A stretch of 62,787 nucleotides of DNA, filler included, from Nemertoderma westbladi (GCA_032718475.1; 3 parts of 3 records of this genome joined end to end with filler, not necessarily neighbours in it); one strand, 5' to 3'. Shown: positions 32,577 to 44,071, counted from the first letter of the whole stretch. Translations and numbers: made by a program. Notes: a model not told the origin generated them from the sequence alone.

Positions 32577-35500
32577 ATGGCAGATAAAAGTGATTCTCAG
32601 TCCGGTGATGAGGAACAAAAGAACTGCGTCGCTCCACCAACTGTTAATAAAGAAATCGACACAAACAGCGGTATAAACGTTATCAGTTTTAAATCAGAAG
32701 CGGGAGCTATTTGCGGTACTTCCGAAGATAAATCTCGAAAGATCAAACAAGAGTTTTGTACAGATGAACAATATTCTAATAATCAAATCGGTAACACAAA
32801 CAGCGGTATAAACGTTATCAGTTTTAAATCAGAAGCGGAAGCTATTTGCGGTACTTCCGAAGATAAATCTCGAGTTGTTAGACAAGATTTCTGTATTGAG
32901 AAACAATCTGCTTGTGAAGTTCTTGCTAAATCCGTTCTCAAGGGTGAGGGAATTAATCACAAAGTAAATTTAAAGAATTACAAACAATCATTGCATAAAG
33001 GTATGAAGTATATATGCGGTTCTTGTGACAAACAATTTATTGGGAAACAGAGTCTGAAGAATCACATGGAATCAATTCATAAAGGCATCAATTATAATTG
33101 CGGTTCTTGTGACAAACAATTTAGTCGAAAAGGATATCTGAAGGAACACATAGAATCAGTACATAAAGGTATCGAGTCAAAATGTGTTTATTGTGACAAA
33201 CAATTTACTAACAAAGGAAATCTGAAGAGACACATAGAATCAGTACATAAAGGTATCAAGTATAATTGCGGTTCCTGTGACAAACAATTTAATGACAAAG
33301 GATATCTAAAGAGACACATGGAATCAGTACATAAAGGTATCAAGTATAATTGCGGTTCTTGTGACAAACAATTTAGTGAAAAGGGATATCTGAAGAAACA
33401 CATAGAATCAGTACATAAAGGTATCGAGTCAAAATGTGTTTATTGTGACAAACAATTTACTAACAAAGGATATCTGAAGAGACACATAGAATCGGTACAT
33501 AAAGGTATCAAGTATAATTGCGGTTCTTGTGACAAACAATTTAATGACAAACAGATACTAAAGAGACACATGGAATCAGTACATAAAGGTATCAAGTATA
33601 AATGCGGTTCTTGTGACAAACAATTTACTCAAAAAGGACATCTGAAAGAACACATAGAATCAGTACATAATGGTGAGTCAAAATGTGTTTATTGTGAAAA
33701 ACAATTTAATAACAAAGGATATCTGAAGAGACACATGGAATCAGTACATAAAGGTATCAAGTATAAATGCGGTTCTTGTGACAAACAATTTGGTGACAAA
33801 CGGAGTCTAAAGAGACACGTGGAATCAGTACATAAAGGTATCAAGTATAATTGCGGTTCTTGTGACAAACAATTTGGTGACAAACGGAGTCTAAAGAGAC
33901 ACATGGAATCGGTACATAAAGGTATCAAGTATAATTGCGGTTCTTGTGACAAACAATTTGGTGACAAACGGAGTCTAAAGAGACACATGGAATCGGTACA
34001 TAAAGGTATCAAGTATAAATGCGGTTCTTGTGACAAACAATTTGGTGACAAACGGAGTCTAAAGAGACACATGGAATCGGTACATAAAGGTATCAAGTAT
34101 AAATGCGGTTCTTGTGACAAACAATTTGGTGACAAACGGAGTCTAAAGAGACACATGGAATCGGTACATAAAGGTATCAAGTATAATTGCGGTTCTTGTG
34201 ACAAACAATTTGGTGACAAACGGAGTCTAAAGAGACACATGGAATCGGTACATAAAGGTATCAAGTATAATTGCGGTTCTTGTGACAAACAATTTGGTGA
34301 CAAACGGAGTCTAAAGAGACACATGGAATCGGTACATAAAGGCATCAAGTATAATTGCGGTTCTTGTGACAAACGATTTGGTGACAAACGGAGTCTAAAG
34401 AGACACATGGAATCGGTACATAAAGGTATCAAGTATAAATGCGGTTCTTGTGACAAACAATTTGGTGACAAACGGAGTCTAAAGAGACACATGGAATCGG
34501 TACATAAAGGTATCAAGTATAAATGCGGTTCTTGTGACAAACAATTTGGTGACAAACGGAGTCTAAAGAGACACATGGAATCGGTACATAAAGGTATCAA
34601 GTATAAATGCGGTTCTTGTGACAAACAATTTGGTGACAAACGGAGTCTAAAGAGACACATGGAATCGGTACATAAAGGTATCAAGTATAAATGCGGTTCT
34701 TGTGACAAACAATTTGGTGACAAACGGAGTCTAAAGAGACACATGGAATCGGTACATAAAGGCATCAAGTATAAATGCGGTTCTTGTGACAAACAATTTG
34801 GTGACAAACGGAGTCTAAAGAGACACATGGAATCGGTACATAAAGGTATCAAGTATAAATGCGGTTCTTGTGACAAACAATTTGGTGACAAACGGAGTCT
34901 AAAGAGACACATGGAATCGGTACATAAAGGTATCAAGTATAATTGCGGTTCTTGTGACAAACGATTTACTCAAAAAGAGAATCTAAAGAAACATATAGAA
35001 TCAGTACATAAAGGTATCAAGTATAAATGCGGTTCTTGTGACAAACAATTTGGTGACAAACGGAGTCTAAAGAGACACGTGGAATCAGTACATAAAGGTA
35101 TCAAGTATAATTGCGGTTCTTGTGACAAACAATTTGGTGACAAACGGAGTCTAAAGAGACACATAGAATCACTACATAAAGGTATCAAGTATAAATGCGG
35201 TTCTTGTGACAAACAATTTGGTGACAAACGGAGTCTAAAGAGACACATGGAATCGGTACATAAAGGTATCAAGTATAATTGCGGTTCTTGTGACAAACGA
35301 TTTACTCAAAAAGAGAATCTAAAGAAACATATAGAATCAGTACATAAAGGTATCAAGTATAAATGCGGTTCTTGTGACAAACAATTTGGTGACAAACGGA
35401 GTCTAAAGAGACACATGGAATTAATTCATAAAGGCATCAAGTATAATTGCGGTTCTTGTGACAAACGATTTACTCAAAAAGAGAATCTAAAGAAACATAT

Positions 35501-38500
35501 AGAATCAGTACATAAAGGTATCAAGTATAAATGCGGTTCTTGTGACAAACAATTTGGTGACAAACGGAGTCTAAAGAGACACATGGAATCGGTACATAAA
35601 GGTATCAAGTATAAATGCGGTTCTTGTGACAAACAATTTGGTGACAAACGGAGTCTAAAGAGACACATGGAATTAATTCATAAAGGCATCAAGTATAATT
35701 GCGGTTCTTGTGACAAACGATTTACTCAAAAAGAGAATCTAAAGAAACATATAGAATCAGTACATAAAGGTATCAAGTATAAATGCGGTTCTTGTGACAA
35801 ACAATTTGGTGACAAACGGAGTCTAAAGAGACACATGGAATCGGTACATAAAGGCATCAAGTATAAATGCGGTTCTTGTGACAAACAATTTAGTGGCAAT
35901 GGATATCTAAAGATACACATAGAATCAGTACATAAAGGTATCAAGTATAAATGCGGTTCTTGTGACAAACGATTTACTCAAAAAGAGAATCTAAAGAAAC
36001 ATATAGAATCAGTACATAAAGGTATCAAGTATAAATGCGGTTCTTGTGACAAACAATTTGGTGACAAACGGAGTCTAAAGAGACACATGGAATCGGTACA
36101 TAAAGGCATCAAGTATAAATGCGGTTCTTGTGACAAACAATTTGGTGACAAACGGAGTCTAAAGAGACACATGGAATTAATTCATAAAGGCATCAAGTAT
36201 AATTGCGGTTCTTGTGACAAACGATTTACTCAAAAAGAGAATCTAAAGAAACATATAGAATCAGTACATAAAGGTATCAAGTATAAATGCGGTTCTTGTG
36301 ACAAACAATTTGGTGACAAACGGAGTCTAAAGAGACACATGGAATCGGTACATAAAGGCATCAAGTATAAATGCGGTTCTTGTGACAAACAATTTGGTGA
36401 CAAACGGAGTCTAAAGAGACACATGGAATTAATTCATAAAGGCATCAAGTATAATTGCGGTTCTTGTGACAAACGATTTACTCAAAAAGAGAATCTAAAG
36501 AAACATATAGAATCAGTACATAAAGGTATCAAGTATAATTGCGGTTCTTGTGACAAACGATTTACTCAAAAAGAGAATCTAAAGAAACATATAGAATCAG
36601 TACATAAAGGTATCAAGTATAAATGCGGTTCTTGTGACAAACAATTTGGTGACAAACGGAGTCTAAAGAGACACATGGAATTAATTCATAAAGGCATCAA
36701 GTATAATTGCGGTTCTTGTGACAAACGATTTACTCAAAAAGAGAATCTAAAGAAACATATAGAATCAGTACATAAAGGTATCAAGTATAAATGCGGTTCT
36801 TGTGACAAACAATTTGGTGACAAACGGAGTCTAAAGAGACACATGGAATCGGTACATAAAGGTATCAAGTATAAATGCGGTTCTTGTGACAAACGATTTA
36901 CTCAAAAAGAGAATCTAAAGAAACATATAGAATCAGTACATAAAGGTATCAAGTATAAATGCGGTTCTTGTGACAAACAATTTGGTGACAAACGGAGTCT
37001 AAAGAGACACATGGAATCGGTACATAAAGGCATCAAGTATAAATGCGGTTCTTGTGACAAACAATTTGGTGACAAACGGAGTCTAAAGAGACACATGGAA
37101 TCGGTACATAAAGGTATCAAGTATAAATGCGGTTCTTGTGACAAACGATTTACTCAAAAAGAGAATCTAAAGAAACATATAGAATCAGTACATAAAGGCA
37201 TCAAGTATAAATGCGGTTCTTGTGACAAACAATTTGGTGACAAACGGAGTCTAAAGAGACACATGGAATCGGTACATAAAGGTATCAAGTATAAATGCGG
37301 TTCTTGTGACAAACAATTTGGTGACAAACGGAGTCTAAAGAGACACATGGAATCGGTACATAAAGGTATCAAGTATAAATGCGGTTCTTGTGACAAACGA
37401 TTTACTCAAAAAGAGAATCTAAAGAGACACATGGAATCGGTACATAAAGGTATCAAGTATAAATGCGGTTCTTGTGACAAACAATTTGGTGACAAACGGA
37501 GTCTAAAGAGACACATGGAATCGGTACATAAAGGCATCAAGTATAAATGCGGTTCTTGTGACAAACAATTTGGTGACAAACGGAGTCTAAAGAGACACAT
37601 GGAATCGGTACATAAAGGTATCAAGTATAAATGCGGTTCTTGTGACAAACGATTTACTCAAAAAGAGAATCTAAAGAAACATATAGAATCAGTACATAAA
37701 GGCATCAAGTATAAATGCGGTTCTTGTGACAAACAATTTGGTGACAAACGGAGTCTAAAGAGACACATGGAATCGGTACATAAAGGTATCAAGTATAAAT
37801 GCGGTTCTTGTGACAAACAATTTGGTGACAAACGGAGTCTAAAGAGACACATGGAATCGGTACATAAAGGTATCAAGTATAAATGCGGTTCTTGTGACAA
37901 ACGATTTACTCAAAAAGAGAATCTAAAGAGACACATGGAATCGGTACATAAAGGTATCAAGTATAAATGCGGTTCTTGTGACAAACAATTTGGTGACAAA
38001 CGGAGTCTAAAGAGACACATGGAATCGGTACATAAAGGTATCAAGTATAAATGCGGTTCTTGTGACAAACGATTTACTCAAAAAGAGAATCTAAAGAGAC
38101 ACATGGAATCGGTACATAAAGGTATCAAGTATAAATGCGGTACTTGTGACAAACAATTTGGTGACAAACGGAGTCTAAAGAGACACATGGAATTAATTCA
38201 TAAAGGTATCAAGTATAATTGCGGTTCTTGTGACAAACGATTTACTCAAAAAGAGAATCTAAAGAAACATATAGAATCAGTACATAAAGGCATCAAGTAT
38301 AATTGCGGTTCTTGTGACAAACAATTTGGTGACAAACGGAGTCTAAAGAGACACATGGAATCGGTACATAAAGGTATCAAGTATATATGCGGTTCCTGTG
38401 ACAAACAATTTACTGACAAAGGATATCTGAAGAGACACGTGGAATCAGTACATAAAGGTATCAAGTATAAATGCGGTTCTTGTGACAAACAATTTACTGA

Positions 38501-41500
38501 GAAAAGATATCTGAAGATACACATGGAATCGGTACATAAAGGTATCAAGTATAAATGCGGTTCCTGTGACAAACAATTTAGTGACAAAGGATATCTGAAG
38601 ATACACATGGAATCGGTACATAAAGGTATCAAGTATAAATGCGGTTCCTGTGACAAACAATTTAGTGACAAAGGATATCTGAAGATACACATGGAATCGG
38701 TACATAAAGGTATCAAGTATAAATGCGGTTCCTGTGACAAACAATTTAGTGACAAAGGATATCTGAAGAAACACATGGAATCAGTACATAAAGGTATCAA
38801 GTATAAATGCGGTTCTTGTGACAAACAATTTGGTGACAAACGGAGTCTAAAGAGACACATGGAATCGGTACATAAAGGTATCAAGTATAAATGCGGTTCT
38901 TGTGACAAACAATTTACTCAAAAAGGACATCTAAAGATACACATGGAATCGGTACATAAAGGTATCAAGTATAAATGCGGTTCTTGTGACAAACAATTTG
39001 GTGACAAACGGAGTCTAAAGAGACACATGGAATTAATTCATAAAGGCATCAAGTATAATTGCGGTTCTTGTGACAAACGATTTACTCAAAAAGAGAATCT
39101 AAAGAAACATATAGAATCAGTACATAAAGGTATCAAGTATAAATGCGGTTCTTGTGACAAACAATTTGGTGACAAACGGAGTCTAAAGAGACACATGGAA
39201 TTAATTCATAAAGGCATCAAGTATAATTGCGGTTCTTGTGACAAACGATTTACTCAAAAAGAGAATCTAAAGAAACATATAGAATCAGTACATAAAGGCA
39301 TCAAGTATAATTGCGATTCTTGTGACAAACAATTTGGTGACAAACGGAGTCTAAAGAGACACATGGAATCGGTACATAAAGGTATCAAGTATAATTGCGA
39401 TTCTTGTGACAAACAATTTGGTGACAAACGGAGTCTAAAGAGACACATGGAATCGGTACATAAAGGTATCAAGTATAAATGCGGTTCTTGTGACAAACAA
39501 TTTGGTGACAAACGGAGTCTAAAGAGACACATGGAATCGGTACATAAAGGTATCAAGTATAAATGCGGTTCTTGTGACAAACAATTTGGTGACAAACGGA
39601 GTCTAAAGAGACACATGGAATCGGTACATAAAGGTATCAAGTATAAATGCGGTTCTTGTGACAAACAATTTGGTGACAAACGGAGTCTAAAGAGACACAT
39701 GGAATCGGTACATAAAGGTATCAAGTATAAATGCGGTTCTTGTGACAAACGATTTACTCAAAAAGAGAATCTAAAGAGACACATGGAATCGGTACATAAA
39801 GGTATCAAGTATAAATGCGGTACTTGTGACAAACAATTTGGTGACAAACGGAGTCTAAAGAGACACATGGAATTAATTCATAAAGGTATCAAGTATAATT
39901 GCGGTTCTTGTGACAAACGATTTACTCAAAAAGAGAATCTAAAGAAACATATAGAATCAGTACATAAAGGTATCAAGTATAAATGCGGTTCTTGTGACAA
40001 ACAATTTGGTGACAAACGGAGTCTAAAGAGACACATGGAATCGGTACATAAAGGTATCAAGTATAAATGCGGTTCCTGTGACAAACAATTTACTGACAAA
40101 GGATATCTGAAGAGACACGTGGAATCAGTACATAAAGGTATCAAGTATAAATGCGGTTCTTGTGACAAACAATTTACTGAGAAAAGATATCTGAAGATAC
40201 ACATGGAATCGGTACATAAAGGTATCAAGTATAAATGCGGTTCCTGTGACAAACAATTTAGTGACAAAGGATATCTGAAGATACACATGGAATCGGTACA
40301 TAAAGGTATCAAGTATAAATGCGGTTCCTGTGACAAACAATTTACTGACAAAGGATATCTGAAGAGACACGTGGAATCAGTACATAAAGGTATCAAGTAT
40401 AAATGCGGTTCTTGTGACAAACGATTTACTCAAAAAGAGAATCTAAAGAAACATATAGAATCAGTACATAAAGGTATCAAGTATAAATGCGGTTCTTGTG
40501 ACAAACAATTTGGTGACAAACGGAGTCTAAAGAGACACATGGAATCGGTACATAAAGGTATCAAGTATAAATGCGGTTCTTGTGACAAACAATTTACTCA
40601 AAAAGGACATCTAAAGATACACATGGAATCGGTACATAAAGGTATCAAGTATAAATGCGGTTCTTGTGACAAACAATTTGGTGACAAACGGAGTCTAAAG
40701 AGACACATGGAATTAATTCATAAAGGCATCAAGTATAATTGCGGTTCTTGTGACAAACGATTTACTCAAAAAGAGAATCTAAAGAAACATATAGAATCAG
40801 TACATAAAGGTATCAAGTATAAATGCGGTTCTTGTGACAAACAATTTGGTGACAAACGGAGTCTAAAGAGACACATGGAATTAATTCATAAAGGCATCAA
40901 GTATAATTGCGGTTCTTGTGACAAACGATTTACTCAAAAAGAGAATCTAAAGAAACATATAGAATCAGTACATAAAGGCATCAAGTATAATTGCGATTCT
41001 TGTGACAAACAATTTGGTGACAAACGGAGTCTAAAGAGACACATGGAATTAATTCATAAAGGTATCAAGTATAATTGCGGTTCTTGTGACAAACGATTTA
41101 CTCAAAAAGAGAATCTAAAGAAACATATAGAATCAGTACATAAAGGCATCAAGTATAATTGCGATTCTTGTGACAAACAATTTGGTGACAAACGGAGTCT
41201 AAAGAGACACATGGAATTAATTCATAAAGGTATCAAGTATAAATGCGGTTCTTGTGACAAACGATTTAGTGATAAAAGGAATCTGAAGAAACACGTGGAA
41301 TCAGTACATAAAGGTATCAAGTATAATTGCGGTTCTTGTGACAAACAATTTGGTGGCAAACGGAGTCTCCAGAGACACATGGAATTAATTCATAAAGGTA
41401 TCAAGTATAAATGCGGTTCTTGTGACAAACAATTTAGTGACAAAGGGAATCTGAAGAAACACGTGGAATCAGTACATAAAGGCATCAAGTATAAATGCGG

Positions 41501-41594
41501 TTCTTGTGACAAACAATTTAGTGACAAAGGATATCTGAAGAGACACATAGAATCACTACATAAAGGCATCAAGTATAACATGCGGTTACTGTGA
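32577..41594 (+). CDS. Giant C2H2 zinc-finger protein, 102 tandem fingers (103rd after a 1-nt frameshift, stop 41661)
   Basis: ACCATGG start at 32577 (alternative ATG at 32526). CX2CX12HX4H with a KGIKY linker, 28 aa / 84 bp per unit. First Cys codon at 33015, last in-frame finger at 41496, one 81-bp unit. Confidence 0.9.
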   Translation: MADKSDSQSGDEEQKNCVAPPTVNKEIDTNSGINVISFKSEAGAICGTSEDKSRKIKQEFCTDEQYSNNQIGNTNSGINVISFKSEAEAICGTSEDKSRVVRQDFCIEKQSACEVLAKSVLKGEGINHKVNLKNYKQSLHKGMKYICGSCDKQFIGKQSLKNHMESIHKGINYNCGSCDKQFSRKGYLKEHIESVHKGIESKCVYCDKQFTNKGNLKRHIESVHKGIKYNCGSCDKQFNDKGYLKRHMESVHKGIKYNCGSCDKQFSEKGYLKKHIESVHKGIESKCVYCDKQFTNKGYLKRHIESVHKGIKYNCGSCDKQFNDKQILKRHMESVHKGIKYKCGSCDKQFTQKGHLKEHIESVHNGESKCVYCEKQFNNKGYLKRHMESVHKGIKYKCGSCDKQFGDKRSLKRHVESVHKGIKYNCGSCDKQFGDKRSLKRHMESVHKGIKYNCGSCDKQFGDKRSLKRHMESVHKGIKYKCGSCDKQFGDKRSLKRHMESVHKGIKYKCGSCDKQFGDKRSLKRHMESVHKGIKYNCGSCDKQFGDKRSLKRHMESVHKGIKYNCGSCDKQFGDKRSLKRHMESVHKGIKYNCGSCDKRFGDKRSLKRHMESVHKGIKYKCGSCDKQFGDKRSLKRHMESVHKGIKYKCGSCDKQFGDKRSLKRHMESVHKGIKYKCGSCDKQFGDKRSLKRHMESVHKGIKYKCGSCDKQFGDKRSLKRHMESVHKGIKYKCGSCDKQFGDKRSLKRHMESVHKGIKYKCGSCDKQFGDKRSLKRHMESVHKGIKYNCGSCDKRFTQKENLKKHIESVHKGIKYKCGSCDKQFGDKRSLKRHVESVHKGIKYNCGSCDKQFGDKRSLKRHIESLHKGIKYKCGSCDKQFGDKRSLKRHMESVHKGIKYNCGSCDKRFTQKENLKKHIESVHKGIKYKCGSCDKQFGDKRSLKRHMELIHKGIKYNCGSCDKRFTQKENLKKHIESVHKGIKYKCGSCDKQFGDKRSLKRHMESVHKGIKYKCGSCDKQFGDKRSLKRHMELIHKGIKYNCGSCDKRFTQKENLKKHIESVHKGIKYKCGSCDKQFGDKRSLKRHMESVHKGIKYKCGSCDKQFSGNGYLKIHIESVHKGIKYKCGSCDKRFTQKENLKKHIESVHKGIKYKCGSCDKQFGDKRSLKRHMESVHKGIKYKCGSCDKQFGDKRSLKRHMELIHKGIKYNCGSCDKRFTQKENLKKHIESVHKGIKYKCGSCDKQFGDKRSLKRHMESVHKGIKYKCGSCDKQFGDKRSLKRHMELIHKGIKYNCGSCDKRFTQKENLKKHIESVHKGIKYNCGSCDKRFTQKENLKKHIESVHKGIKYKCGSCDKQFGDKRSLKRHMELIHKGIKYNCGSCDKRFTQKENLKKHIESVHKGIKYKCGSCDKQFGDKRSLKRHMESVHKGIKYKCGSCDKRFTQKENLKKHIESVHKGIKYKCGSCDKQFGDKRSLKRHMESVHKGIKYKCGSCDKQFGDKRSLKRHMESVHKGIKYKCGSCDKRFTQKENLKKHIESVHKGIKYKCGSCDKQFGDKRSLKRHMESVHKGIKYKCGSCDKQFGDKRSLKRHMESVHKGIKYKCGSCDKRFTQKENLKRHMESVHKGIKYKCGSCDKQFGDKRSLKRHMESVHKGIKYKCGSCDKQFGDKRSLKRHMESVHKGIKYKCGSCDKRFTQKENLKKHIESVHKGIKYKCGSCDKQFGDKRSLKRHMESVHKGIKYKCGSCDKQFGDKRSLKRHMESVHKGIKYKCGSCDKRFTQKENLKRHMESVHKGIKYKCGSCDKQFGDKRSLKRHMESVHKGIKYKCGSCDKRFTQKENLKRHMESVHKGIKYKCGTCDKQFGDKRSLKRHMELIHKGIKYNCGSCDKRFTQKENLKKHIESVHKGIKYNCGSCDKQFGDKRSLKRHMESVHKGIKYICGSCDKQFTDKGYLKRHVESVHKGIKYKCGSCDKQFTEKRYLKIHMESVHKGIKYKCGSCDKQFSDKGYLKIHMESVHKGIKYKCGSCDKQFSDKGYLKIHMESVHKGIKYKCGSCDKQFSDKGYLKKHMESVHKGIKYKCGSCDKQFGDKRSLKRHMESVHKGIKYKCGSCDKQFTQKGHLKIHMESVHKGIKYKCGSCDKQFGDKRSLKRHMELIHKGIKYNCGSCDKRFTQKENLKKHIESVHKGIKYKCGSCDKQFGDKRSLKRHMELIHKGIKYNCGSCDKRFTQKENLKKHIESVHKGIKYNCDSCDKQFGDKRSLKRHMESVHKGIKYNCDSCDKQFGDKRSLKRHMESVHKGIKYKCGSCDKQFGDKRSLKRHMESVHKGIKYKCGSCDKQFGDKRSLKRHMESVHKGIKYKCGSCDKQFGDKRSLKRHMESVHKGIKYKCGSCDKRFTQKENLKRHMESVHKGIKYKCGTCDKQFGDKRSLKRHMELIHKGIKYNCGSCDKRFTQKENLKKHIESVHKGIKYKCGSCDKQFGDKRSLKRHMESVHKGIKYKCGSCDKQFTDKGYLKRHVESVHKGIKYKCGSCDKQFTEKRYLKIHMESVHKGIKYKCGSCDKQFSDKGYLKIHMESVHKGIKYKCGSCDKQFTDKGYLKRHVESVHKGIKYKCGSCDKRFTQKENLKKHIESVHKGIKYKCGSCDKQFGDKRSLKRHMESVHKGIKYKCGSCDKQFTQKGHLKIHMESVHKGIKYKCGSCDKQFGDKRSLKRHMELIHKGIKYNCGSCDKRFTQKENLKKHIESVHKGIKYKCGSCDKQFGDKRSLKRHMELIHKGIKYNCGSCDKRFTQKENLKKHIESVHKGIKYNCDSCDKQFGDKRSLKRHMELIHKGIKYNCGSCDKRFTQKENLKKHIESVHKGIKYNCDSCDKQFGDKRSLKRHMELIHKGIKYKCGSCDKRFSDKRNLKKHVESVHKGIKYNCGSCDKQFGGKRSLQRHMELIHKGIKYKCGSCDKQFSDKGNLKKHVESVHKGIKYKCGSCDKQFSDKGYLKRHIESLHKGIKYNMRLL

Positions 41595-42772
41595 CAAACA
41601 ATTTAGTCAAAAGGGATATCTAAAGAAACACATAGAATCAGTTCACAAAGACACCAATTAAGGCTCCTGGTGGTGGAATCTGTAAATTATTTTACCGACT
41701 TCAATCCCGTTTTATCAACAGAAACTCATAAACTGCGGTACAGCTGTCTGTCTGTTCATCCCCTTACCAACAACTATATGTGCACTTTGTTATCTTAAAC
41801 TGAAAGTGTTGATGTTGAGTTTACATTAATGATATATAATTTTAACTATATCATATAATTATTTCACCATGGCTCGTGAAATAATTATTAACCAATCAGA
41901 CCCCAGACAGATATTTTGCGCGGGAAGGTTTAAACTTTGAAGTAAATTTTCCCGGAATAACATTTTTCATTTTCAAATAAATAATCATCCGCTATTTTTC
42001 ACCAAATTTCATTAATTCAGCTCATTGGAACTGGTTTCGACAGTTCTTTAAATGTAGGCCTATCTTATGAAATTTTGATAAATATTTGCACTTTTGTGTA
42101 ATTTATTTTAAATAAAGCGTTGGGGAGATTGAACACTTTTGGGGGGCCAAAAAATCGAAAATTTTTTTTTTTGCGGAAATCAAGTCTTCTACAACTCCTG
42201 AAAACACTGTAAAAATTTTAAAGTAAAATATTGATCTGAACATATAAAATTTGGCAATTAAAAATGCAATGTCTGTTAGACAATGGCCTCTAAATTGGGG
42301 ATTTTTTTCGAAAAGTACGTTTAAACTAAACAATATGTGAACGCTGTTGTTACTGCACTTTGACATAGAAGTGTAGAGGCACCTATAATACAGGAGGGAA
42401 ATTTAAACTCCGATTGGCATAGTATTAGAAGAATGATTGCACTACTACTGTTTGATTGCACTGTACTGTAATAGTGGTATTTTATAATTAGATAATAATC
42501 AGAGAGTCATTCAGATGGTTTCATGTTCAGTCTATTCACTTTTCAATCAGTTTTTATGAGAGATTAGGCCTACTCAACTATTCCCGTGCTGCAGTGTCTG
42601 GCAATTAATTTTTCCGGCAGCAAGACTGGTCGGTAACGGTAACGTACCGGTACCATTACTATAGTACCAATTACAGTTAGCAGTTAGTCAATTCAACGTC
42701 AAAAGGTCAGTTAGTCAATTAGCCTACAAATTGGAGATTTTTACTGTTTATTATTTGATACTGTACCTGGAA

Positions 42773-44071
42773 ATGCCTCGGAGCAAACCCTTTGGTAAAA
42801 GGAGGGGTACCTTCCCTCCAGCTAATAGGCCTACTTCCAAACTGCCAACCCGGAGGAGTGCTTCGAATAAGAAACTCTCGAGTAATGGTACGCCTAAACT
42901 ACCAGTATCTTCTCCAACCGAAACTTCGCACCAATTCCATGTTATCGACATGGACCTGCTCAATGACGCTTTGGCTTCATCTGTGTTGTGTAACTGGTGC
43001 AATAGTTCCTCGGTTCAACTAACCGTCAATAGCTCCTACGGGATTGCAACGAACTTCTCGATAACTTGCCAAAATGAAAACTGTTCAGCCAATCCTGGAA
43101 CATTTTGGTCTTCCGCTAGAGGAAATACAAGACTGTTCGAATCAAATATTCGTTATGTCTATGGTTTGCGGTGTGTTGGATTGGGTCGTGAACAGGGGAG
43201 ATTGCTTTCGGCTATAATGAATATACCTCCTCCACCTCAAATATTTGGTCGATATACATCGGTGATCAACACAACTATTAAATCAGTGGCGAAGGAGTCG
43301 ATGGTTAGAGCTACAAAGGAGGCAATTGAGACTAATACTTTGGAACCAAAGGAACATCTGGCCGTGAGTTTAGATGGTTCCTGGCAGAAACGGGGCCACA
43401 CTTCTCTCAATGCTGTAGTAACTTGCATTAGTGTTGATACTGGAAAAGCCCTGGATGTGGAAGTCGTTTCGAAATACTGTGCTGGGTGTAGAAGTCCCTC
43501 TGTAGAGAACCAACTTGAACATGAACCTCGCTGTGTCAAAAATTTTGAGGGAACCAGCGGCGCTATGGAGGCAGCAGGTGCGACGGCGATCTTTTCTCGT
43601 TCTGAATTGGAACGGGGAGTGAAGTACTCCCACTACCTCGGCGATGGAGACTCTAGTAGTTTTCGGAAAGTGGCAGACTCAGATCCTTACAAGGGTGAGC
43701 CTGAAATAGCCAAGCTTGAGTGTGTTGGCCATGTCCAGAAGCGGATGGGAGCTCAACTTCGTCGCCTCAAGAAGGACTTCCAGGGCAAACCAAAGTTTGG
43801 TGTCCCTGCAAAAAAACTCGCTGATGGTAAACCGCTTGGAGGAAAGAATCGGCTAACTGATTCAGAGATCGACAAGTACCAAAACTATTACGGAAGGGCA
43901 ATAAGGGCAAATCTAACTTCTGTTGAGGATATGCGTCGTGCTGTTTGGGCGACCTATTTTCATCGCCGGTCAACTGATGAGTTTCCATCTCATAGTTTGT
44001 GCCCTCCCGGAGAGCCTAGTTGGTGTGGCTATAATTTACCAAGGAGCTTTACACACACAATTCTCAACCGG
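42773..44071 (+). CDS. DDE transposase, Kolobok-Hydra / Mutator-like family, truncated by gap
   Basis: Cys-rich N-terminal region, VSLDGSWQKRGHTSLN, GAMEAAG, YLGDGDSS, KLECVGHVQKRMG, NYYGRAIR, HSLCP..SWC. Open up to the gap. Confidence 0.85.

Noticed and set aside
33188-41581. Many minus-strand ORFs (CLSQEPHLYLIPLCTDS repeats)
   Set aside because: Antisense shadows of the 84-bp finger repeat.
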